From the NCBI GenBank assembly GCA_051418015.1, contig JBPRGF010000014.1, forward strand, positions 58,101 through 122,100: a DNA stretch of 64,000 nucleotides, written 5' to 3'. Both the position numbers and the translations under genes were made by a program. Position 1 is the stretch's first letter, and the number at the start of each line of letters is the position of its first letter. Under the pieces are notes generated by a model, which had not been told where the DNA came from, made no database searches, and saw only the letters and a program-made list of their open reading frames with translations. The stretch is from Candidatus Nitrospinota bacterium M3_3B_026. GTDB taxonomy: Bacteria > Nitrospinota_A > UBA7883 > JBPRGF01. Of this stretch, positions 37,302 to 45,559 are shown one piece after another.

Positions 37302-37634
37302 CTACATAGAAAGTTTTTCCGCCAGGTCGCGCATCTGCACGCCGTGGACAAGGGACGCGCCGCCGCGGATGGCCGCCGCCACGTGGACGGCTTCCGTCAT
37401 CTCCGCCATGTTGGAGCCCTTCTCCAGGCAGGACTGCGTGTAGGCGTCGATGCAGTAGGGGCACTGCACCGCGTGGGCCACCGCCAGGGCGATCAGGGCT
37501 TTTTCCCTGCCCGTCAGCTCTCCCTCGGCGAAAACGGAGTTGTAATAATCGAAAAACTTCCTGGCCAGGTCCGGCGCGTCCTTCCCTATTTCCTTGAACC
37601 GTGGAAGGTCCTTCGGGTCGTAATATGTCTCCAT
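37302..37634 (-). CDS. AhpD-like carboxymuconolactone-decarboxylase-family protein (ArsS-partner peroxidase-like)
   Basis: AhpD core 'ALAVAHAVQCPYCIDAYT' (CxxC). 110 aa. 5 nt upstream of arsS on the same strand. Confidence 0.65.
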   Translation of the reverse strand: METYYDPKDLPRFKEIGKDAPDLARKFFDYYNSVFAEGELTGREKALIALAVAHAVQCPYCIDAYTQSCLEKGSNMAEMTEAVHVAAAIRGGASLVHGVQMRDLAEKLSM

Positions 37635-37850
37635 CCCTTCAAGCTCCCTTATCTATATAGACGGGCGCCTATTCCCGTTCATGGATCACAGGATATCAGG
37701 GCCGAAGGCCAGCCCGCAATAAAGCCCGCCCGGAGGCGGCGTTGACGGCAGGGGCTCCGCCACGGGATAATATCAGCGGCTCCGTGGGCAAAGGCGCGGG
37801 CCTAAAGAAATGTTACCACCCGAAAGGGCGTTCCCGGCAAGGTTTGTTGG

Positions 37851-39542
37851 ATGCTTCGATCCGGTCTTTTCATCCTGCAAAAAGCACGCTTCCGGTTGGC
37901 GAGCAACTCCGTTCTCCGGCCTGGCCGGGGAAGCGCCGCAAGGAGGGCCGTCCTGGGGGCGCTCGCCGCGCTCTTTGTCCTGGGTGACTGGTGGTTCTTC
38001 AGGCGGATACTCGTCTATTTCAACAGCCTGCCGATGGACGTGGGGGAGATACTCGTCATACAGCTTCTGAACCTTCTGTGCCTCACGCTCTTTTCGATGC
38101 TGGTCTTCTCCAACGTCATCGCCGCGATATCGACGCTTTACATGTCGCGGGACCTTGAGCTGCTGCTTTCCGCGCCCCTGCGCCCCGTCGAGGTCTTCGT
38201 CTCCAAGTTCATCCTGACGCTGATAAACTCCTCGTGGATGCCGGTACTTTTCGGCATGCCGATCTTCGTGGCCTACGGCCAGTCCGGCGGCGCCTCGTGG
38301 CTCTACTATGCCTTGCTGCCCGCCGCTGTCCTTCCGTTCCTTGTGGCGCCTTCGGGGCTCGGTGTGCTGTTCACGATGGTCCTCACCCGTTTCTTCCCGG
38401 CGAGAAGGGCCTACCAGGTCCTGACGTTTGTGGGCGTGCTTTTCATGGGCGGGCTGGTGATGTACTTCAGGTTCCTGAGGCCGGAGAGGTTCGTCGGCAA
38501 GGATGTCCCCGACGAGGCGATAATCGGATTCGTGGAGAGCCTCAAGGCGCCGGACTACCCATGGCTGCCTTCCAGCATGATGGCCTCGGCCCTGCAGGCG
38601 GGGGCGCTGGGCGACTGGGAGATGTTCTGGGGCGGGCTGGGCAAGCTGTGGGCCGTGGCGGCCGCGGCCTCGGCTGTGGCAGTCGTTGCGGCGTGGAGGT
38701 TCTACTACGCCGGATGGACGGCCGCCGCGGGGGGCAGGAGCGTGGTTATGCCCAAAAAGGAGCGGATGATGTACCGCGCTGCGCGAAAGATGATGGCCCC
38801 TCTCGCGCCGGAGTCGAGGGCGTTGCTGATGAAGGACATGAAGCTCTTCTGGAGGGACACGGGACAATGGTCCCAGCTTTTCATACTCGGCGCGCTGGTG
38901 GTGGTCTACATATTCAACATCAGGAACCTGCCCCTGGACACCGTTTACCTGAAAAATGTCGTCTCGGTGATGAACATCGGCCTGGCGGGCGTGGTGCTGG
39001 CGGCGGTCGCGGCAAGATTCGTCTTCGCCGCGATAAGCGTGGAGGGAAAAGGGTTCTGGGTCATCCACTCCGCGCCGCTCGATCCCCGGAGGCTTCTGTG
39101 GGCCAAGTTTTCGCTTTACATTCTTCCTCTGATAATCCTGGCCGAGGCGCTGGTCGTTGTCTCCAACCTGTTCCTGGGCGTCGACGGGTTTGTGATGGCC
39201 GCTTCCGCGGCGGCCATAGCGGCGCTGACGGCGGGGCTTTCGGGCCTGGGGACCGGGATGGGCGCCATGTATCCCAAGTTTGACTTCGAGAACGTGGCCG
39301 AGGTGGGGACGACAACCGGCGCGATCATGTACATGATAATATCCCTCGCTTACGTGGGCGCGTCGGTGAGCCTCGTGGCGGGGCCCGTCAGGGCTCATCT
39401 GCTCCACGTCTTCCTGGGCGCGCCCGTGAGCCAGGCGGACATCTGGGGCCCCTTCGCCGCGCTTTTGATCCTCACGGCGGTGTTCGTCTACGCGCCCATG
39501 AGGATGGGAGCGGACGCGCTGGCGAGAATGGAGACCTTCTAG
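37851..39542 (+). CDS. Uncharacterized polytopic membrane protein (10 or more TM, ABC-2/exporter-permease-like)
   Basis: 563 aa, predominantly hydrophobic helices. No soluble catalytic motif recognised. Start uncertain. Confidence 0.65.
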   Translation: MLRSGLFILQKARFRLASNSVLRPGRGSAARRAVLGALAALFVLGDWWFFRRILVYFNSLPMDVGEILVIQLLNLLCLTLFSMLVFSNVIAAISTLYMSRDLELLLSAPLRPVEVFVSKFILTLINSSWMPVLFGMPIFVAYGQSGGASWLYYALLPAAVLPFLVAPSGLGVLFTMVLTRFFPARRAYQVLTFVGVLFMGGLVMYFRFLRPERFVGKDVPDEAIIGFVESLKAPDYPWLPSSMMASALQAGALGDWEMFWGGLGKLWAVAAAASAVAVVAAWRFYYAGWTAAAGGRSVVMPKKERMMYRAARKMMAPLAPESRALLMKDMKLFWRDTGQWSQLFILGALVVVYIFNIRNLPLDTVYLKNVVSVMNIGLAGVVLAAVAARFVFAAISVEGKGFWVIHSAPLDPRRLLWAKFSLYILPLIILAEALVVVSNLFLGVDGFVMAASAAAIAALTAGLSGLGTGMGAMYPKFDFENVAEVGTTTGAIMYMIISLAYVGASVSLVAGPVRAHLLHVFLGAPVSQADIWGPFAALLILTAVFVYAPMRMGADALARMETF

Positions 39543-39559
39543 GCCGTGCGGCGGGACCG

Positions 39560-40024
39560 ATGAAGCTGGAAGATCAGGACAGGGAAAAATGGATAGCTCT
39601 GATCGGCGGGGTGAAATTTTTCGACGGGCTGGGCGAGGACGACCTCGGCATGCTTCTCGACGCCGGGAACGTGAAACGCTACGAGTTCCACGAATACATC
39701 TTCAAGGAAAACGAGGTGGACCTCTCCTTTTTCGTGATACTCAAAGGCTCCGTGAAGCTCATAAAGCTGGGGCCGCTGAGAAAAAAACGGGAGGTGGGGA
39801 AGCTCGCGGCGGGCGACTGTTTCGGGGAAATGGGGCTCTTGCTCAAAAACCCGAGAAGCGCCAGTGTCCTGGCGGCGGAGGAGTGTTTCATCTTCAAGAT
39901 AAACATGGAGGATATCGAGACCATGCCCGCCGCCACCCAGGCCGGCCTCTACAAACGGTTCGCCACGTTCCTGGCCCAGCGGCTGCGCCAGGCCACCGAA
40001 AGCATCGTGAACCCCGGTTCCTGA
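39560..40024 (+). CDS. Cyclic-nucleotide-binding domain protein
   Basis: cNMP-binding fold 'FFVILKGSVKL', 'GDCFGEMGLL', 'RSASVLAAEECFIF'. 154 aa. Confidence 0.8.
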   Translation: MKLEDQDREKWIALIGGVKFFDGLGEDDLGMLLDAGNVKRYEFHEYIFKENEVDLSFFVILKGSVKLIKLGPLRKKREVGKLAAGDCFGEMGLLLKNPRSASVLAAEECFIFKINMEDIETMPAATQAGLYKRFATFLAQRLRQATESIVNPGS

Positions 40025-40049
40025 AAACCGCCCGGCGTGTCATTGCGCG

Positions 40050-41384
40050 TCATCTGGCCCAGCGCAGGGTCGCCGTGTTTCGCGCCTCCCGCCCGGCGGC
40101 TATGGAAGGGGCCAGGAAAAGCCCGGGAACCCACAGGACCTCGTTTTCCTTCACCAGCACGGGCAGGACGTCTCTTATGCCGGACGGGGTTTTCCTGTCG
40201 ATGAAAAAGGACTTGAGGGTCTTGCGCCCCTCGAGGTTTTCGAGGCCAAGCCAGTCGCCGGGACGGCGCGTCCTGAAGACGGCGCCGGGGGGAATCCTGT
40301 CCAGGTCGGCCACCTCACCTTCGCGGCGCCCCTTCTCCACGGCGAGGCGCCCCTCGGGAAGTTCGACCTTCAGGGGACAGGAAAAGGGAGTGCGCACGAT
40401 GAAGGGGATCGCCTTCTTCACCCGGAACGAGAGCCCGCCATGATCCAGCCTGACCGCGTACCCGCCCGGGACCTCCACCTCCCTCCCGAGCGATCCGGAC
40501 ACGACGGCGCGGTCTATCGCCTCCACCCGCTCGAAGCTCACGCGGGCCGGGTCCAGCCCGGCTGATTTCAACGCTGTCCTGTAGACGGACCATCGCAGAG
40601 CCTCCGGCTCGCCCGCGATCCTGCCAGGGTCCAGCGTCACGGCGCCTTCGCCCACGGACAAAGCGGCGCGCTCGATCAGCTCCTCCGCCATCCTGTCCAC
40701 GAAAAGCTCCTGCGCCCGGACGATCCTTGCCAGCCGGGCCACGGCCGCCACGGCGTCCCCGGCCTCCCGCTCCATGGCGGGGATCAAGTGATGACGGATC
40801 CTGTTCCGCAGGTAGTCCTCCGTCAGGTTGGAGGGGTCTTCCCGGAAGCTCGCCCCCCTTTCCCTGAGCCAGGCCAGGATATCTCGTTTTCTCGTCTCGA
40901 TGAGGGGGCGGATATATCTTTCCCGGACGGGCGGGATGCCGCTGAAACCGGCCGGCCCCGTTCCCCGCAGCATCCACATGATCGACGTCTCCACGCTGTC
41001 GTCCATCGTGTGCCCCGTGGCGATGAGGCCGGCGTAGCCTGAGTCCAGCAGCCGCTCGAAAAACGAGTACCGGAGCCTGCGTCCCGTCTCCTGCAGCGCC
41101 GCGGCGGGCCTGCCTTTCTCGTTGCGCTCCATCTTCATTTCGATCCCAAGCCGGCGGGCCAGGGCGGCGGCGGCCTCGGCGTCCTTCGCCGAATCCTCCC
41201 GGAAGGCGTGGTCGAAATGGCAGGCGTTCAGCGTGAACCCCATGGGTCCCGAGAGAGCCGCCAGCGCCTCGGCAAGGGCGGTCGAGTCCGGTCCGCCTGA
41301 AAGGGCGGCGCAGACGGCCGAGCCCCGCGGGATCATGCCGTGCCCGGCGATGGTGGATTTCACGCGGTCTATGAAACGGTTCAT
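40050..41384 (-). CDS. tilS: tRNA(Ile)-lysidine synthetase
   Basis: PP-loop 'ALSGGPDSTAL', 'IATGHTMDDSVETSIM', and TilS C-terminal domain. Start at MNRFIDRV inside the longer ORF. Confidence 0.85.
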   Translation of the reverse strand: MNRFIDRVKSTIAGHGMIPRGSAVCAALSGGPDSTALAEALAALSGPMGFTLNACHFDHAFREDSAKDAEAAAALARRLGIEMKMERNEKGRPAAALQETGRRLRYSFFERLLDSGYAGLIATGHTMDDSVETSIMWMLRGTGPAGFSGIPPVRERYIRPLIETRKRDILAWLRERGASFREDPSNLTEDYLRNRIRHHLIPAMEREAGDAVAAVARLARIVRAQELFVDRMAEELIERAALSVGEGAVTLDPGRIAGEPEALRWSVYRTALKSAGLDPARVSFERVEAIDRAVVSGSLGREVEVPGGYAVRLDHGGLSFRVKKAIPFIVRTPFSCPLKVELPEGRLAVEKGRREGEVADLDRIPPGAVFRTRRPGDWLGLENLEGRKTLKSFFIDRKTPSGIRDVLPVLVKENEVLWVPGLFLAPSIAAGREARNTATLRWAR

Positions 41385-41514
41385 GAAGCGGCCAGGGAAA
41401 ATACAAAGATTTGAAAAATCCGTCACCCGGGATGAAAATTTACACCCCTTCGGGCATTTCGTCAACGGCCGCGGCCGCCGCGAGAGCGGGGAAAAGGACG
41501 GGGGGACAGGCCTG

Positions 41515-42489
41515 TCAGAGGCGGCCCCAGTCGAACACGATCCGCTCCGACTCGTACCACACGCCCGGCTTGTCGGGGTCCGGGTTTTCCCGCGTTATCT
41601 CCGAGGTCAAAAGCTCCGGCGGCACCCGGGCCATCTGCAGGTAGAGGTCCGCTTCCTCCTCCTTGTACCCCAGGTAGCTTTCCACCTGTTCGATGACATC
41701 CTTTCTCGACTCCGCGTTGACGTAGAGAGTGGAGTAGAACCCCCTCGGCTTCTCCACCTCGTCGAGACCCGGTTTGTAGCCCCGGATATCGACCTTCCAG
41801 CAGGTCATGCCGATGGGGACGCCGTCCTCGTCAATCTCCTCGTCCTCCTCCTCGTCGAGATAGAGGTCGTACCGGTCCGCCAAGTCCTCGAAAGCGGTCA
41901 GATAATCGTCGCCGTTCTCTTCGTCCAGCGGGAGCGGCTCATGGTAGTGGGGCTCGTCGAGGAACAGGCCCAGCTCCATGACGAAGGGTATTCCCATGCG
42001 CTCCAGGGCTCTTTCCATCATGTCAGGGTCGTGGTGGTACACCTGGATCGTCTTGTGCTCGTCGAGGAAAACCTCGGCGGGGCTTCCGTGCGAGAACGCG
42101 CCTATCCCGAAAAAACCGTCGTCCAGGACGACGTCGCGCCAGTTTTTAATCCACTCCACGATCTCCCTGCGGTTTATCAGCGAGTCGCTTATGTATGTGT
42201 CATGATCGCGGTAGTAGTCGTCCGAATGGATCTTGACCACGAGGTGGACCATTTCCGGGAGTCGGCCGAGCAGGGACAGGAACGTCGCCATGAGCCGCTC
42301 GTGGGGCACGGCGATATGGTAGTGAAAACAGCCCTCCTCGCGCAGATACTTGGAGTCGTAGCCTGCCTTCTGACAGTACTCTCCCTCGGGGTAGGCTCCG
42401 AACGAGTACGTGAAGCCGTCTTCCCTGATCCTGTCGGTCAGTTTCCTTCGGGCCGGAAGCGCGCTCCGGCGGGGGTCTTTTTCGCTCAT
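41515..42489 (-). CDS. Hypothetical acidic protein (unknown function)
   Basis: 324-aa ORF with GC3-rich codon usage and Asp/Glu/Tyr-rich low-complexity segments. No recognised domain. Confidence 0.45.
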   Translation of the reverse strand: MSEKDPRRSALPARRKLTDRIREDGFTYSFGAYPEGEYCQKAGYDSKYLREEGCFHYHIAVPHERLMATFLSLLGRLPEMVHLVVKIHSDDYYRDHDTYISDSLINRREIVEWIKNWRDVVLDDGFFGIGAFSHGSPAEVFLDEHKTIQVYHHDPDMMERALERMGIPFVMELGLFLDEPHYHEPLPLDEENGDDYLTAFEDLADRYDLYLDEEEDEEIDEDGVPIGMTCWKVDIRGYKPGLDEVEKPRGFYSTLYVNAESRKDVIEQVESYLGYKEEEADLYLQMARVPPELLTSEITRENPDPDKPGVWYESERIVFDWGRL

Positions 42490-42748
42490 AGTAGTATTTT
42501 AAATTAACAGCCGATTTTGACAAGCCGTAAAAGCCGATGGTCCGACGGCCCCGGCGTCAGGCTGGACGCGCCGGACGGCCTTTTCAGCGCCGCCGGTTTT
42601 TTGCTGGTATAATGTAAGACCTTTTTTGCCGCCGCCGAAGTTCCGGGGCAAGCGGCCGAGGCGGCCCGGCCCGGCGGCTGGAGCTTTCTGAAAATAACTT
42701 TTCCGCCGCCTTACCCTGGCTGTTTAACTGTTTGTTGGGGACATCGGA

Positions 42749-44098
42749 ATGAGATTTTCTTTCAGGAGCGTGGTCACGGCCTGGCTTGGAGTGGCCGTCG
42801 CCTCGATGGCCTTCATGGGGGTGTACGCTTTCATGATAGTCCTGAGCCGCGCGCCCGGCTTCAACCTCCTTTTCACGGAGCAGGACTTTTTCCACACCGC
42901 GCTTGTGACGCACGTGGTTCTGTCCGTCGTGATATGGTTCCAGGCGTTCATACTCTTTCTCATCCATTACACGACGTCCGGCAGGCCGCCGGGGACTCTG
43001 GACGGGCTTTCCGCCCTCGGCGCTCTGGCTGGCGTGGCGCTTATCGTTGTGACGCCGCTGACCGGCCAGGCCTACCCGATGCTCAACAACTACGTGCCGG
43101 TGCTCAACAGGCCCATGTACATCACCGGGTTGGCCCTCTTTTTCGGGTTCGCGTCCCTGGGGGTGGTTTTGCGCGCCCCGGCGCTGGCGGGGAAGATCAT
43201 GGAGAGGGCGCGGGGCGGGGAAGTTCCGCTCGCCGTGACGGCGCCATTGGCGGGGGCGGGGCTCTCCATCGTCATGGGGGTGGCGCTGGTCGTCCTTGCG
43301 CTGATCCGTCTTTCCGGCGGTGCCGGGGAGGGGCTTGCGCCGACGGTCTATTTCGAGATCCTCTTCTGGGGAGGGGGGCATGTGCTGCAGTTCGCGAACA
43401 CTTTCGGGATGATGGCCGTCTGGTCCCTGCTTGCCCTCAGGCTTGGCGGCGGCGCGCTGGCCGATGACAGGGTCGCCCTCGCCGCCGTTATCATAATGGC
43501 CGCCTTCGTCGTCTCGGCCCCGGTGGACTATTTCACGAAACCGATAGAGTCCTTCGAGTCCCGGGCGTTTTTCACCACCATGAAGGGATGGGGGATAGCC
43601 CTTGGGCCCATAGTCCTTGGGCTTTCCGCGGCGTTGAGGTGGAAGAGGCTGGGGGACGACTTTCTGGCCCGGCGCGGGCTGGCGCTGTCGATGGCGCTTT
43701 TCGGTATGGGGGGGCTGATAGCCCTCACCATACAGGGCAGCGATACAAGGATACCGGCCCATTACCACGGCGTCATCGGGGGGGTGACCATAGGCTACAT
43801 GACCCTGGGGCTGCTTGCCATGAGGGACAACGGATGGCTCGCGGCGGGACGGAGGTGGCTCAAGATACAGGTCAACTCCTACGGGGTCGGCCAGGCGCTT
43901 TTCGTGGTGGGCATGTTCGTCGGCGGCCTTTTGGGCCTTGCCAGGAAAACCTACGGGCAGGCCCAGGTGCTGGACACTTTCCAGAAGGCGCTGAGCATGG
44001 CCCTTATGGGCATAGGCGGAGTGCTGGCCATAGCCGCCGGGGGCCTTTTCGTGGTCATCATGATAATGTCGCTTGCGCGGGGAAGGAGGGAGGCGTGA
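42749..44098 (+). CDS. His-motif polytopic membrane protein, paralog A (heme-copper-oxidase-like motifs but not canonical; NnrS-like is an alternative)
   Basis: 449 aa, about 12 hydrophobic helices. Conserved His at H49/H55 ('FFHTALVTHVV'), 'FWGGGH211VLQF' and 'AH338YH340GV'. Stop overlaps the GTG of the downstream cytochrome c (GTGA). Confidence 0.7.
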   Translation: MRFSFRSVVTAWLGVAVASMAFMGVYAFMIVLSRAPGFNLLFTEQDFFHTALVTHVVLSVVIWFQAFILFLIHYTTSGRPPGTLDGLSALGALAGVALIVVTPLTGQAYPMLNNYVPVLNRPMYITGLALFFGFASLGVVLRAPALAGKIMERARGGEVPLAVTAPLAGAGLSIVMGVALVVLALIRLSGGAGEGLAPTVYFEILFWGGGHVLQFANTFGMMAVWSLLALRLGGGALADDRVALAAVIIMAAFVVSAPVDYFTKPIESFESRAFFTTMKGWGIALGPIVLGLSAALRWKRLGDDFLARRGLALSMALFGMGGLIALTIQGSDTRIPAHYHGVIGGVTIGYMTLGLLAMRDNGWLAAGRRWLKIQVNSYGVGQALFVVGMFVGGLLGLARKTYGQAQVLDTFQKALSMALMGIGGVLAIAAGGLFVVIMIMSLARGRREA

Positions 44099-44418
44099 AG
44101 GGCTTTTTTCTTTGGCCTGCCGTGACCTGCGCTTTTTTCCTGGCGGCGGGCTGCCGGACGGCGGACAGACCGGCCGCTTACCAGAAATGCGTTAAATGCC
44201 ACGGGGAACCGGGGGGCGGCGGGACGATGACGGCGCCGGACCTCGCCGAGACGGAGTACGACCTAGGGCAGTTCAAAAAACAGTTGCTGAGCGGTTCGGA
44301 TTGGGAAGGGAAACCGCCCGGGAAATGGAAATACCGGTGGAAAAAGATGCCTCCCCAGGTGGGTCTTTCCGAAAAACAGATCAAAGCCCTTTTCGAGTAC
44401 ATAAAATCCGCTAATTAG
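44095..44418 (+). CDS. Monoheme c-type cytochrome lipoprotein (paralog 1)
   Basis: GGAGG RBS plus GTG. Lipobox 'FLAAGC'. 'CVKCHG' heme site. Shared downstream 'KKMPPQ..LSEKQIKALFEYI' with the two paralogs. Confidence 0.8.
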   Translation: MKGFFLWPAVTCAFFLAAGCRTADRPAAYQKCVKCHGEPGGGGTMTAPDLAETEYDLGQFKKQLLSGSDWEGKPPGKWKYRWKKMPPQVGLSEKQIKALFEYIKSAN

Positions 44419-44611
44419 ACGGCGTTCCGCATCAGACTGGGTTTAATTTCTGTACCCGGTATTTTCTCTGGAATCGGTATTTACACGCGAGGGTTGTTTG
44501 TAATACTATTAGGCGGCTTTTTTCGCGGCTCCGCTTTCGCGGGCCCGCGAAAGAGGGGGGTAAGTCAAGGATGGGAACCGCAATGTTCAACAAAACGCTA
44601 GGAGGTCAATT

Positions 44612-44944
44612 ATGATGAGAGCGGTGATTCTCTCCCTGGTTTCCCTCGCCCTGCTGGCCGCCCCTTCTCTTGCGGGTGACGCGCCGAAGGCTTTCAGGAA
44701 GTGCAAGACCTGCCACGGTCCGATCGGAGCGGGCAAGGGCAAGCTTGGGCCCGACCTTATCAAGGACCGCTTGAATTTCGAGCAGTTCACCAAGCAGATC
44801 AAGAACGGCTCCAAGTGGGAAGGCAAGCCGCCCAAGATGGAAGGCTTCGAGAAGAAGAAGATGCCTCCCCAGAAAAAGCTTTCCGACGAGGACATCAAGG
44901 CTTTGTTTGACTATATCCAGGCCGCCCAGGCAGCCGCCAAGTAA
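44612..44944 (+). CDS. Monoheme c-type cytochrome (paralog 2, Sec signal)
   Basis: AGGAGG RBS. Signal peptide. 'CKTCHGP'. 'KKMPPQKKLSDEDIKALFDYI'. Confidence 0.85.
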   Translation: MMRAVILSLVSLALLAAPSLAGDAPKAFRKCKTCHGPIGAGKGKLGPDLIKDRLNFEQFTKQIKNGSKWEGKPPKMEGFEKKKMPPQKKLSDEDIKALFDYIQAAQAAAK

Positions 44945-44960
44945 CGACTCTCTTGGGAAA

Positions 44961-44997
44961 CCGCCGGATGGCCGCGAAGGCTCCGGCGGTTTTTTTT
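44961..44997 (+). terminator. Rho-independent terminator
   Basis: CCGCCGGA..TCCGGCGG hairpin plus T8. Confidence 0.72.
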
Positions 44998-45051
44998 GTC
45001 CACGCCCGCAATACACGGGCCCGGACCGGCAAAATTTTTCGGAAGTGACGA

Positions 45052-45080
45052 TTGCATGCCGGATTCGTTTATAATATGAT
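45052..45080 (+). promoter_or_regulatory. Candidate sigma-70 promoter TTGCAT-N17-TATGAT, followed by inverted repeat CCGGTGA-N8-TCACCGG
   Basis: Spacing and hexamers fit the consensus. The perfect 7-bp inverted repeat at 45094-45114 lies between the promoter and the RBS of cytochrome c paralog 3. Confidence 0.35.
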
Positions 45081-45181
45081 ATGTTCGCTTTTCCGGTGAG
45101 TTATTTTCACCGGATTCACCGCAGAGGGTATATCTGAGTAATATCCCGGAATTGTTCAACAAATAGTAGGAGGGGTAAGTT

Positions 45182-45502
45182 ATGATGAGAGCGATGTCCG
45201 TTTTTTTTATTTCCCTGGCCCTGCTGGCTGGCCCCGCCCTGGCCGGTGGCGCGCCGAAAGCTTTCAAGAAATGCAAGACCTGCCACGGCCCACTGGGAAA
45301 AAACAAGGGCAAGATAGGGCCTGACCTGGCCACGACCAAATACACCTTCGAGCAGTTCACCAACCAGGTGAAGAACGGCTCCAAGTGGGACGGCAAGCCG
45401 GCCAAGAGGGAAGGCTTCGAGAAGAAGAAGATGCCTCCCCAGAAGAAACTTTCCGACGAGGACATCAAGACTCTGTACGACTACGTGCAGTCCGCCAAGT
45501 AA
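45182..45502 (+). CDS. Monoheme c-type cytochrome (paralog 3)
   Basis: AGGAGG RBS. Signal peptide. 'CKTCHGP'. 'KKMPPQKKLSDEDIKTLYDYV'. About 70% identical to paralog 2. Confidence 0.85.
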   Translation: MMRAMSVFFISLALLAGPALAGGAPKAFKKCKTCHGPLGKNKGKIGPDLATTKYTFEQFTNQVKNGSKWDGKPAKREGFEKKKMPPQKKLSDEDIKTLYDYVQSAK

Positions 45503-45519
45503 CCACGGCTCAAGGAAAA

Positions 45520-45559
45520 CCGCCGGACGCCTCCGAAAGGGCGTTCCGGCGGTTTTTTT
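45520..45559 (+). terminator. Rho-independent terminator (near-duplicate of 44961..44997)
   Basis: CCGCCGGACGC..GCGTTCCGGCGG hairpin plus T7. Confidence 0.72.

Noticed and set aside
43588-44418. 276-aa ORF extending the first cytochrome c upstream
   Set aside because: The extension is out-of-frame overlap with membrane protein A. GGAGG plus GTG at 44095 and the lipoprotein signal define the true start.
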